64,000 nucleotides of DNA from Octopus bimaculoides (Eukaryota). Positions 26,121-38,709 of this stretch are shown in pieces. Location: assembly GCF_001194135.2 (NCBI RefSeq), contig NC_068981.1, positions 33,647,646 through 33,711,645 of the forward strand, written 5' to 3'. The translations under genes and the position numbers were made by a program. Every line of letters starts with the position of its first letter. The first letter of the stretch is position 1. The notes under the pieces are model-generated. The model searched no databases. It had not been told where the DNA came from and saw nothing but the letters and a program-made list of their open reading frames with translations.

Positions 26121-26764
26121 AACAACAAACAAGATGAGGACAAATATCCGTAAAAATGTAAATAATGCAAATAATGTACATAATTCTTCATCTCTTAAAT
26201 ATAGAACTGTAGAAACCAATACTGGTTGTCAAGCGACACAAAAACACACACACACACGCACACACACACACACGCACACGCACACACACATATACAACCC
26301 ATGCTAGCATGGAAAGCGGACGTTAAACGATGATGATGATATATATATATTACACATACACACACACACAATAAGCTTTTTTTAGTTTCTGTCAACTAAA
26401 TCCACTCAAAAGATTTTGGCCCAAGGCCATAATAGATGACACTTGCCCAAGGTGCCATGCGCATTGAAATTGAATCTGGAACCATGTGGTTCAGAAGCTA
26501 ACTTCTTATCCACACAGCCACGTCTGAGACACACTCACACATATACAGTTGATCAATCATGGAATAGACTCAGAGAAACAATGTAATATCAATATGAGCC
26601 TAAAAATGAATGCATTAATTAATAAGCTCTTGGGTATTGTGAAAAACGTCAGTAGTTAAAGTATTGGGCTCATGATCAGTACAGTGTATGTTCATTTTCG
26701 AACTGGGTGGTACATTGTGCCCTTGAGTGAGATATTTGTTTATGTTTTGAATTGAACCATATTC

Positions 26765-27270
26765 GATGACTGGCACCTGTGCCAGTGGAGCACTAACAGC
26801 ACCGTCCGAGCGTGATTATTGCCAGAGCAGCTGCCTGGCTTCCGTGCCAGTGGCACGTAAATAACACCATTTGAGCGTGATCGTTACCAGCGTCGCCTTA
26901 CTGGCACTTATGCCGGTGGCACGTGAAAAAACATTCAAGCGAGGTCGTTGCCAGTGCCCCTGGACTGGCTCCTGTGCAGGTGGCACGAAAAAAAACACCA
27001 TTTTGCATGTGGGCGTTGCCAGTACTGCCTGACTGGCCCTCATGCCGGTGGTACATAAAAACACCCACTACATTCTCAGAGTGGTTAGTATTAGGAAGGG
27101 CATCTAGCTGTAGAAACTCTGCCAGATCAGATTGGAGCCTGGTGCAGCCATCTGGTTCACCAGTCCTCNNNNNNNNNNCCTGGTGCAGCCATCTGGTTCA
27201 CCAGTCCTCAGTCAAATCATCCAACCCATGCCAGCATGGAAAGCAGACGTTAAACGATGATGATGATGAT
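26765..27270 (+). mobile_element. SINE-like family B copy with internal ~65-bp repeats and a (GAT)n tail
   Basis: Ends ...aacccatgccagcatggaaagcagacgttaaacgatgatgat. Related + copies at 11935-12102 and 22155-22503. Confidence 0.8.
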
Positions 27271-28639
27271 GCATAATCTTGTAGCTTTGAGATTTCAATG
27301 ATGTGATAATTTACTTTTAGAATAACATTGTAAGGAAGGTGTGAAAGGCTGAATCTGGTTAGTTTAAACATAAAACAGGTAGAATATTTTGGCTGGATAT
27401 GGTCAGCTGAAATGCTAAAGGGTTAACTCTGTGACCTATGACAGACTGGCTCAATCCTTTCATGGTGGAGTCTTATGCTCTCAGCTGTCTTTAAGACTTG
27501 GATTAGCTTCAGCCTCGTGAGCCTGTAGATTTGAGGCAGGCTTGGATATTATTACATCCCATGTTTTAGTTTTAGTGAGCAGATATACTATAGTGTGACT
27601 CATAAAGAATTTAAAGACATTACATTTGTTAATTAACCTACTTAATATGTCGTAACCTACAAAATAGTTTATTTCCCAAAGTGCCACAAGGATATGGAAC
27701 AACAATAATCAGCCAATCTAAATAACATAATTAAATTTTGGAACGATTATTGTCATTCACCAGCAGATATTTAGTTCAAACATACTTTAATGGAGAGTCA
27801 TGACTGCATGGGCCAATAGAAAGAGGGTTTCTTATTTAATCACTAGTACTGTGATATGTCTAAGAAAAATACAAGCAGCAAGAGTATTGTGTAAGTGGTG
27901 AGTCTTTAACCAGTTTGTAATACCAAAATTAACTCTCTCTATGATTATTATTTGGTAAAGAATAAATTTGACCATCATCATTTAACATCTGATTTTCATG
28001 CTGGCATGGATTGGAAGGATTGAGAGGAAATGGTGAACTAAAGGACTGTGCCAAGCTCTACTGTCTGCTTTGGCATGACCTTTATAGCTGGATGCATTTC
28101 CTAACACCAACCACTTTTACAGAATGTACTGGATGCTTTTCGCATGGCACCAGCACCAGTAATATGAAACAGCACTTGACAGGAAGATAAAATCTTTTGT
28201 GGTAACCCAGTGACCCAATATTATGTGGTACACAACCTCAACAAATAATATTTTATTGCAAGGATCATAGAATATGGTTAAGCAGTAGCCAAGCTGAGTC
28301 AATTCACATTTGAGTTTTTTATACTTCATCATAACCTGGAGATTTATGAGATACACCGAGTTGATAACCTTTGAAGCTTCTAGTGTTGACCCATAACAAA
28401 CCTACTAATTAATTTCCACACCCAGATAGTTATAGAACAGTGCAGTAGATTGTTACGAAACAACTCCTCTTCTGTATGGAGAATAAAAAAAATTAAGATG
28501 CACTGAAGAAAATAGATGGGCTTTTGTTGTTTTATTAATATTTATTTTAAATGGTTTGGTATACAACATTGCACAAGTCCTGTGCAGTACAGAAGAAACT
28601 GACAGAGTTAATGTTCCTCTCAAAAGCTTTTAAATAAAT

Positions 28640-28880
28640 GGTTATCAGATAAATAAGTGCAGAGAAGGAATTTTAGTTGACTGACATTCTGAGGAGGAAG
28701 TACTGGATCTAGCAGCTAGTGCAGGACCCAAGGTAGAAGAGACACCATATGGGTGAGGGGAGGAGGGGAGATGAGTGAGTTGGGAGTTCCTGGATAGAGG
28801 TGGCATGAAACTAGCCAGTTGTGAAGAACTTAGAGGCTGGAGTTTCTGGAAGAGTGTCAAGGGGAGCACCAGAGAGTCTG
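28640..28880 (-). mobile_element. Decayed CR1/L2-type ORF2 3' fragment
   Basis: TLFQKLQPLS..SQLASFMPPL...HPYGVS resembles the C-terminus of CR1/L2 ORF2. Confidence 0.5.
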
Positions 28881-29868
28881 AGAGACTCCACTCCTTAAAT
28901 TGCCATTGATGTTAACTCCTCTAGCCTCTCCCTTTCCCAAGGTACTCACAAAGCAATGAGAGTTTGTGCTCGGCGTTTTTTCCATAACATACTAAATAAA
29001 CCATAACTGGGACACTGATAGGTGCTACAACTCTATGCAGAGTAAATCTTGGAATAACAGTTGCTAAGAGAAAGCTCCACACTCTTCAAAACCACGGAGC
29101 ACCAGAGCCAGGGCCTCACAACCAGATACATTTTCAAGCCATATCCAGGAGGTTCTATATATAGAAACGTAACTAAACTATATTTAATTTAGTAGCAATT
29201 AAAAAAAAAATTTTATTTCAAGGTCATATTGAATACAGCTCAGCATGAAAATAATCTGATGTGATTATGAAGGCTCAACCCATATGTCATTGTTGATGTC
29301 TTTAATGTAAATTATACATATCAGAGATGGAAGACTGCAAAAAGAAATCAAAGAAATAGGCTAAGGTTTAGATAGTAAGAATTATGATCATCTAAAAGTC
29401 ACCAAAAATAACTGTGTGGATGTTTCTATTAAAAAAAAATATATCCCAAGGAAATCAGGAAGAAAGTGATCTCATGAAATTAGAGTTTTACATTTAGCCA
29501 TACAAAGAAAAAAGTAAGTATGTTCATACATTTAAATAGAAGATTTTCAGAAGTTATATCATAATTATATGATTGTTTCCCATACTAGCATGGGTTGGAC
29601 AGGTCCATGTAAAAGGCCTCATCACTTGTTTCACTTATCTGTCATCTTAGTTATGAGATTCAGCATCATGAACCCAACCTTCTCCACCTCTTCCACTTCT
29701 ACAGGGTAATACTAACTCATTTTCTGAGTGTTTAGTATCTAATTTTATGCCTACTCCTTATGTCGTCTATAGTAAGGTAACCTTTATGTCTACATATATG
29801 TTGAGCATAGAACCGTTCTGTTCTCATGTAATAATAATGGTTTAAGAAAGTTGTCATAAAGTACTTAC

Positions 29869-29959
29869 TTGGTGATGGTGGTGGCCGCCGATCCTTGATG
29901 ATGTGTTTAAGAGCTATACTGATTGCTCCATTTAGCACAATTCCCCCAAAATAAGATGC
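29869..29959 (-). CDS. DOLPP1: DOLPP1 exon 3 (91 nt; PAP2 motif 1)
   Basis: Acceptor ctcttattaaag|G, donor CAA|gtaagt. ASYFGGIVLNGAISIALKHIIKDRRPPPSP contains KxxxxxxRP (KHIIKDRRP). Confidence 0.95.
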
Positions 29960-32900
29960 CTTTAATAAGAGAAAGAATTAAAGATTAAAATAATACCAAT
30001 AGTGATATTATCATAAAACGATGATGATGATTATGATGATTTAAAATGGTGATGATAGTGAAGGTATTGAGGACGTAAAATAGTGGTGAGGGCTATGATG
30101 ATAGCAGCATTCAAGAAAACTGGTAAATGATCATTATGTAGGATACAATACAATATTTTAAAAACAGAAAGAGATGTAACAAACACTCGAAGCAGAAGTC
30201 TGATTCTTCTCATATTTAAAAACTTTATTATTAAGATCTTTCAAACAATAATGAACCCTTTTTACTACTCTTTGCATGTGTAAGGTTAAGAGCCTTGCTT
30301 AAGAAATCAATGCAATGCATACAGAGAAACACAAAGTTAAAATCTATAGATTGACAACCACATCTTGTCAGTAAATCCCTGATATCTTCTAATAAAGACT
30401 AAATGTACATCCCTCTTTCTTTTCTTTTTTTTTTTTTTTGATAGGGCATAATCAATTAAATCAATCCTAATATATTAAATGGTCAGACCCATATAAGAAT
30501 GGACAAGTGGACATTAAAACAATAATGGAAAAATGATGATGTTCCTTAATTTTAGAGTTGAAAGATAAAATTCATTAGAAATATCCACTTCTTTGCCCTA
30601 AATGACCTTTTATATATATAAAAAAAAAATAAGGCCATCAATAATGATTCCTTACATAAATACAAGTCCAAAAATCAAGAGATATATAACCAAACAAAAT
30701 AGAACAGATGAGGGAGCCCATAGTTATGGTTCTGGAAGATAAGTGGTACAACAACAGTTGATATCCTGTCAGTGATGTTCTATTCTGTATCTGCATTTGG
30801 CTAAGAAACTTGGTTTCCCTACTATATTCAGTTCAAAATAACTCATAAAACCATGATTGTTCTTGTTAGGGCAAGTGCCCTCTAAACAGTATTTTCTTTC
30901 AATTTACCGGTACATACTTAAAACAGGCCTGTTCACTCGGATCATTCTTGCCACATTCTCCCACCTTTTAATGAAACTACTGGGTGGCAGCACTTCCTTT
31001 TCTACCCTCACTTTCCTTTTCAAGGGAAACTTTAAAAAAATTGACGAGTGCTTGGCCAAAGATAATAATAACAGTTTCAAATTTTGGCATAAGACCAACA
31101 ATTTTGGGAGAGGGGGTAAGTTGATTACATCAACCTCAGTGCTTAACTGGTATGGTTTTATTGCCCCCAAAAAGATGAAAGGCAAAGTCAACCCCAATGG
31201 AATCAGAACTAAGAATGTAAAGATGGACAAAATGTTGCTAAGTGTTTTGTCTGGCATGCTAACAATTCTGCCAGCCTGCTGTCTTAAAAATAATAATCCT
31301 TTCTATTAAAGGCACAAAACCTGAAATTGTGGAGGAGGCGAGTAGCCAATTACATCAACCCCAGTGCACCACTAGTACTTAATTTAACAACTCCAAAAGG
31401 ATGAAAGGCAAAGTCGACCTTGGCAGAATTTGAACTCAGCATGTAGAGCTGAACAAAATGCTGCTAAGCATTTTGTCCAACGTGCTAATGATTCTGACTT
31501 TGGCACAAGGCCAGCAATTTTAAGGGGTGGGGTTTAGTTGATTCCATTGACTCCAGTACTTGATTGGTACTTTATTTTATCAATAATGATAAGCAAAGTG
31601 GCCTCAGCAGGATTTGAACTCAGAACAGAGTGCGCGAACAAATACACAAGATATAATAATAATCAAAAAAGGCCATTACCATAGTTGATTGAATAGTTTG
31701 TTATGGAAAGTAAATTTTTTCAACCTCTAAACTGTAAATCCATTGGTACAGTACAATATATAAGTTGGCTCATACTTTCAGAAAGAGGAGTTTACAAAAG
31801 TAGTTTGATACAAGAGCCTAGCAGCCTTCGATATGTTTTATCCAAAATGTTTTTAGCCCAATATTTACATGCTGCTATTTATAGCTGTATTTACTTTACT
31901 GAGTTCAACCATTAAAAACAAATTATTTCATATACATATATTACACACACACACACACACACTCTCTCTCTCCCTTTCTCTCTTTGACCTAGTCAAATGG
32001 GTGTTTTTCTTTCTTTGTCTTGCAAGTTATTTGGTGGCCTCACTAGTGGCATGAAAAAAAAGCACCTACTGTGACAAAGTTGGTGTTAGGAGGACATCCA
32101 GCCATGGAAACCAGGCCAAAGCTAACATTGGAGCTTGATGAAGCTCTGTGGCTCATCAGATCCTATCAAATCATTCAACCCATACCAGCATGGAGAACTG
32201 ACATTAAATGATGATGATGATATACGTAAGCAAATAACTAAAAGTACTTGAAGTGTATGAAACTAAAAACAAGTCAGTATTCTAATCTCTGTCCAAATGC
32301 TTGGGAACAGAGAAGCATTCTCTGTAACTGTTCTTTTACAAGCTCATTTTCACTTGAATGCAATGCTCTAGATTATCATCCACTTATATTGTAAACTACA
32401 GAGTATCTAAAATTCAAAAGGTTAAATTTAAGTTGTGATAATTTATATGTAACTAAGTGTATTCTAACGAAAGCCTGCTGTCATAACATTAACTCTAACA
32501 AGTCTGTGTCTGTTAGGAGACCTTAAATGGTAACACCGCAGAATCTGTTTTAATGGCATATGTGTCATTAACTTGTTTTCTTTTTTTTAATAACAGGGTA
32601 GTTGTTTCAGACATTCACAATTTCATTACATAAGGTTTTGAGAAAAATATGGTACCCATTCTCCTTGATTAAATAAACTGAGGCACACATATAAGGAACA
32701 ACAATTCTTTTTAATCACTTTCTCTATTAGATTGGTTTTGAAGGAGAGGCTTGTACTCTTGCCCTTTGCAGGCATTTCAAGACTGGAACAATTCATAGCA
32801 GATACAAATTGTTCATCTATGACATTACTTACATGGCTAGCTACTTCCTCTATTAATGCTACTAAATACAACTTCTTAATTTCAAAATTAAATATATCAT

Positions 32901-33212
32901 CAATGAGGTCATCCATTCAAAATGTAAGTTTTAACCATCTGTAATTCTTTTATTGTTATAGCATATTCAAAGAAGATAGTTTTGTTATGAGAAATTCAGG
33001 TGGTCAATGTCAGCAGTTTGATAGAATTTCTCTTGTTAATAAACCATCATTAATGATGTCACCCTTGCCTCCATCCTCTATCTCAACCACAAATTGCAAA
33101 AAATTACAAAACCCTGCACTATAATAAACAGGAAGATTAATTCAAACATGAATTTCACAATCCAAGGCCATCTGTTCTGATTTATGTAGTTATTGAAACC
33201 AGATATTCACAA

Positions 33213-33222
33213 CGAGAGAGAG

Positions 33223-33315
<93 letters not shown>
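33213..33315. repeat. (GA)n microsatellite
   Basis: Long, nearly pure GA run. Confidence 0.95.
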
Positions 33316-33317
<2 letters not shown>

Positions 33318-34064
33318 CTTGGTACAGTATTATATATTTGAAAAAATGAATAGAAATAGCTTTTCTGATAATGTAGCTATTTTAATAATTAGCTGTTCAT
33401 AAAAACACCTAATAATTTATAAATATCTAATTATTAAAGTGGATAAATTATCAGAAAAGCCATTTCAATTCATTTTTTCAAACATACATACATTTATTAT
33501 CTTCTCTTCCTATTCCTCCTTTCTGACCATCTATTCCCTTCACTTCCCCCAAACTAATTTATATTCACTGTATCCACTTCAATCCCCATCTCTAATCAAC
33601 TGTTGCACTGTCACAAACTTACCCATTCTTACTCTTTCTTTTTCCCCATTATCTTTCTTATATCAACTTTTACCTAGAGGGTATAGTCACACCATCTCTC
33701 TCTTTGCAGCTGGAGCAGCCATGTGTTTCTTCTTCAGCAAGACACTGTCTCTCTATCACATCTTCAACTCCTGCAATATTGTATCCCACCCAGTTGAGAG
33801 GTTTGTCTTGTTAGTATCTCAAGATCTGACTAGTGCTGGTGCCATGAAAAAAGTACATTCTGTAAAGTGGTTGGTATTAGAAAGGATGGGCATCCAGATG
33901 CAGAAATCAAGTCAAAGCAGACACTGGAGCTTGGTATACTGGCACAGGCCTCTGGCTTATTGGTTCTTATCGAACTGTCCAACCCATGCCACCATGGAAA
34001 GTGAGCACTAACTTATGACCACACACATACACACAAACTGTAACATTAGTGTATCGTCATCATC

Positions 34065-34345
34065 ATCATCGTCGTTTAACGTCCGCTTTCCATGCTAGCA
34101 TGGGTTGGACGATTTGACTGAGGACTGGTGAAACTAGATGGCTACACCAGGCTCCAATCTGATTTGGCAGCGTTTCTACAGCTGGATGCCCTTCCTAACG
34201 CCAACCACTCCGAGAGTGTAGTGGGTGCTTTTACGTGCCACTGGCACGAAGGCCAGTCAGGCGGTACTGGCAACGGCCATGCTCAAAATGGTGTATTTTA
34301 CGTGCCACCTGCACAAGAGCCAGTTCGGCAGCACTGGCAACGATT
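34065..34345 (-). mobile_element. Family B copy, inverted
   Basis: catcatcatcgtcgtttaacgtccgctttccatgctagcatgggttgg... is the reverse complement of the 26945-27270 and 22190-22503 sequences. Confidence 0.8.
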
Positions 34346-36099
34346 AAAATTTAAAAAAACTTTATTATCTGAACCAGACAAATTTTAAAAACAAAACTCT
34401 AAAGTTAGCATGTTGATTAATTTTGTCTCATCAAAGTTAAATGAAAAAAAAATCACCACTCTATAAAACAATAGAGTTTATTTTACCTATCCCTGTTGTG
34501 GCCATTACAAAAGCCTTTAAACATATGAAGTGAAAATAAAATGGGAGGAGGGAGTTAACCATTTACTGACAGGGGTGTCTGTCAATAGGTGATTAGCTCT
34601 ATTAATTTCAGGTTAGAATAAAGCTGGTTTTGTGATGTCTATATCCTATAAGTCATGTCTATACCTATAAGCCAAATGATGTTTCCAATTGTTTTCTATT
34701 GTACAGCGTCTACGTTATCTGCAAGATTAAGGTGCCAGATTAGTACAAAAGCACTTTTATGACAACTTACAATGATATGATTGGTTTTATTGGCTAACAG
34801 CAGATGCATTCCTGTTATTAGATTTTATGTTGACACTACTTGCAGTGAGGAATCCAGTTTAGTAAATCAGAACAAATTGGACAATACTATAACTTGTAGC
34901 AAGCTAATAATAAATAGTAACACAAATGTATTAACAGTAAATGTAAATAATAAAGTTTATCTCATTAAGTGGTAATTTCTAAGGAATGCTATCATCTTGA
35001 TCATCATCATCATCAACCCTATCGAAACCATCATAAAACTCAGTTAATAACTGACTGTGACAGTAATGAATATAGAACAGAAGAAAATTAATAAAATAAA
35101 AAAAAAACAGGTAATTAAGAAGACGATAACTGAGGAGCTAAACTGTTAGAATGTAAAAAAAAAAAAATCAAAATTTTTTAGTTCATTACTAGTACTTTAC
35201 TGAAATGAACCAAAAAAGTTCTCCTGGAAGTTAAATATGGAGTACTAAATTAATTGCTAAAGTTAAAAAAGTTGAAATAGTCCTATTGTTAAAAGAGTCA
35301 TCAATGCAGAGGGCTGTTAACAACAAAGAATAGACAGCAATTGAGATAATTCATTGATAGTGTGCCAATTGTTTTATGATATGGTATTGTTGAGGAGGTC
35401 TAATAAAACCAAAACCTGTCTGTAGTTATCATTGTATTTACCAAGCAGCAAATCCATTCTACACTGCAGGTCTCTATTTACTTTTCAACCAATTTAAATT
35501 TACAGTTTTCTCCCTTTACTTCTTTGACAAGAATTATCATCAACATTCATGATTTTTATTCCCCTCATGAGTTTAATTTCAATTGGATGAAACTTTTTTT
35601 GTCTTACAACATTAAGTATTGTTAGTGCACATTTAACTAGAAACTGAACTGTTAAATAGCAGAGGAGTTTGTCATGTATTGTAGTTTGACATTGTTTAAA
35701 GATCTACATATCCTCTTTTATTACAATTTCCCCACCATTAAAATATGTAGAACAGAATGCCTCACCAAAATATGCTTGGATACTTTCATTATTTTATTCT
35801 ACCTGTCTCAGTCAATCTTGCTCAAAATTACTGCACGACACAGAATTCTTTAAGCTCTAATTTGTATTTTATTTATTTTTAGCTATCAACAAATTTCTCA
35901 TAATGAAAGCTAACCTTAAACAAGGTAAACAGTGGTAAAGATTCTGCTCCAATGTTTTATATAAAAACCCAAAATCAGATCAACAGAAGAAGAAAAAAAA
36001 ATTATCTTTCAAAAACTAAGAAACAAAAAACAAGACTGAGTAAAATTGAAAAAATATTTTGCTCATTTTCCCACACAAACAACAAAAATTATAAATATA

Positions 36100-36494
36100 G
36101 GCATAGGAGTGGCTGTGTGGTAAGTAGCTTGCTTACCAACCACATCGTTCCAGGTTCAGTCCCACTATGTGGCACCTTGGGCAAGTGTCTTCTACTATTG
36201 CCTCGGGCCGACCAAAGCTTTGTGAGTGGATTTGGTAGACGGAAACTGAAAGAAGCCCGTCGTATACATGTATATGTATATATATATATGTGTGTTTGTC
36301 CCCCCCAACATCGCTTGACAACTGATGCTGGTGTGTTTACGTCCCCGTAACTTAGCAGTTCGGCAAAAGAGACCGATAGAATAAGTACTAGGCTTACAAA
36401 GAATAAGTCCTGGGGTCGATTTGCTCGACTAAAGGCAGCGCTCCAGCATGGCCACAGTCAAATGACTGAAACAAGTAAAAGAGAGTAAAAGAGA
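36100..36494 (+). mobile_element. SINE family A, full-length copy
   Basis: Head ggagtggctgtgtggtaag...ggttcagtccc, internal (TA)n, tail gaaacaagtaaaagag. Near-identical copies occur elsewhere in the window. Confidence 0.85.
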
Positions 36495-36691
36495 ATAGAT
36501 TTTTAAGTTGGAGTTTTTTTGATACCTGATAAAATCACTAGGATCATGAAAGTGAGGTGCTGGATGTGAAATAAAATATTTGGTGATATAGCTTGCAGCA
36601 GTCCTTGTTCAGTATGCAGCTGACCCACAAACTAACAACACACACACCTTGTGTGTGTGTGTGTATATGTATGTATGTGTGTGTGTGTGTG

Positions 36692-36722
<31 letters not shown>

Positions 36723-38627
36723 CCTGATTCATTCTCACTCTCCCATCTAAATGTGAGTAGCTATGTAGCACTTCATTACAACAAGAACCTGCTCTGCTGC
36801 ACTCCTCACACACCTTAACCCTTATCTCCTGGCATAATCCACCTACCCTCAGCTTCCATAGCCTTGTGAGCTGTGTGGTAGCCTCATGAGTGCTGGCGGC
36901 ATGCAAATAGCATCCAGTGTGTTGTAAAGTGGTTGGCATAGAAACCATACCAAAGCAGACACGGGAACATGATGCAGTCCTTGGACCCATTGGATCGTGT
37001 CAAACTGTCCAACCCATGCCAGCATGGAGCATGGATGTTAAATGATAACGACGACCATATATATAATCTCATACAATGAATTTTCTTTTCCCTGTAAGCT
37101 TGCCCGTTTTAATACCACCACCAACTTGCTCAGTCCACTATGTAACAGACATTTGGAGCAGGCCCCTAGTCTGAGGAAAACCTGATATCTTGAAATACTG
37201 CTTTTTAATACAGCAACACATAAATTGTGGTTTCACCCACTCTTGCTCTCCCTCACCAGTCTCAGAGGCCCTGCTCTTTCTTCTCTGGCTAAGCCATAAA
37301 AAAATAAGACAGCTAATTAATTAGTATATATGCAAATCATTAAATATTTAATAATTCTTTCAACTGTTATACAATTGGTATTTTATTTCCTTGCACACAT
37401 GACTCTTTCCTTGTCTGCATCCTTCACAAAGATAGTTGGACTAAAGCCGAGTGCTCTTTGATGATGAACACATGCTGTAAAGGTTACATGCAAATACACA
37501 AGTTCTGCAGTTAAATTCATAAAAATAAGATAAGTTTGTGTGCTACAAACAAAAGTGGGTTCTGATGTCATGAGCAAACTCCTTTCTTAAGAGAGAGAGA
37601 AAGAGAGACACATAATTGTTTGCTCAAAAATAGCAAGGAGTGGAACTTGATACAAAACAGGTTTTGCCCCTACTTCCAGTTGAGTAGTTAGTAGTAGACA
37701 GGCAATGTATCTAGAAACAAACAACTCCACCCATGCAAGCATGGAAAAATGAATATAAATAAGTAAATAAAATTCCTATAACCAGTTTCATCCTTCACTG
37801 CTTCTACCCTAATCTCCCTCAAACCTTTACCCTCAAACCTTTACCTTTCCCTTGAGAATATTTTGGCAGTGACATTGACTAAATAACAATTTCAATATAT
37901 AAAGAAATGAAAGCAAAAGACAAAATAAAAAAAAAATGTCTTTAAATATTGCATGACTTTCTCACAAGACCCCAAAAAATTAATAGAGGTAATAAATTGC
38001 AACATGATACAAAAGCAGTTAAAAGCAAAAAAAAAAAAAACATGATACAAAGGCAGTTAAAAGAAGAAATTTAAATGTCCAACCAGCTGTTAAAATAAAA
38101 CATGAAAAATATGTTTATTTAAGTTTACTATAACCCAGCAAATTTTACATACTGAAAAGATTAAAATTTATGAAGAAAGTGGATATTGTCAGGGTAAAAA
38201 AAAAACACCTTCATAGAACGTTCTAATTCGTTCTCGTTTCATTTTTTAACTGCCTTTCATGAATTTACCCATATTGACAAATCTCACTCAACATGATACA
38301 ACCTATCGCCCACAATGGTTTCTGCTTCACTAAACTAACAAGCCTCGTATCATTTTCCAGACCTATTTGTTATACTCATTCCTATCATTACCTTCTCAAT
38401 TGTATTGTAGTAATAGTGTACAACTAGAATGGTACTAAACAACTCTGACAACCCTTCTTCATACCAAACTGCCTCCTTTATTGTCAAAGCAGAAGTTTTA
38501 AGTTGAATATGAATGCCATCACCCTCATAGGTCTGGGAAGGATTGCATGACCTACTATGACTGCCACTTTTCCTTAGACAATTCACCCTGAAATAAAGCC
38601 ACATACAAATATGTGTGCGCAAACACA

Positions 38628-38662
<35 letters not shown>

Positions 38663-38709
38663 AGTACATGCTGCTGAATACATACCAAAACGTTGAAAGT
38701 AGTACTTAC

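Larger units (their letters stand above)
25720..26180. mobile_element. Foldback (head-to-head inverted pair) of a tRNA-head / (AAT)n / hammerhead-tail element
   Basis: Arm 25720-25957 is the reverse complement of arm 25972-26180 with scattered mismatches, around a 14-nt loop (agagcgcgggctac). The centre has a tRNA-like segment with a B-box (GAGTTCGATTCC). Confidence 0.85.

Noticed and set aside
26770-27060. Regularly spaced palindromic repeats resembling a CRISPR array
   Set aside because: Eukaryotic intron, spacers are homologous to each other, part of a dispersed retroposon, and no cas genes.
34117-34135. CTGAGGA-CTGGT-GAAAC in family B looks like a hammerhead core
   Set aside because: No stem II can form between the core halves, and there is no stem I/III or NUH geometry. 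Other CTGANGA hits (2527, 9580, 54226) failed the same test.
36133-36321. Recurrent ORFs containing DGLLSVSVYQIHSQGFG...EDTCPRCH
   Set aside because: Antisense translation of SINE family A, repeated at every copy; not a gene family.
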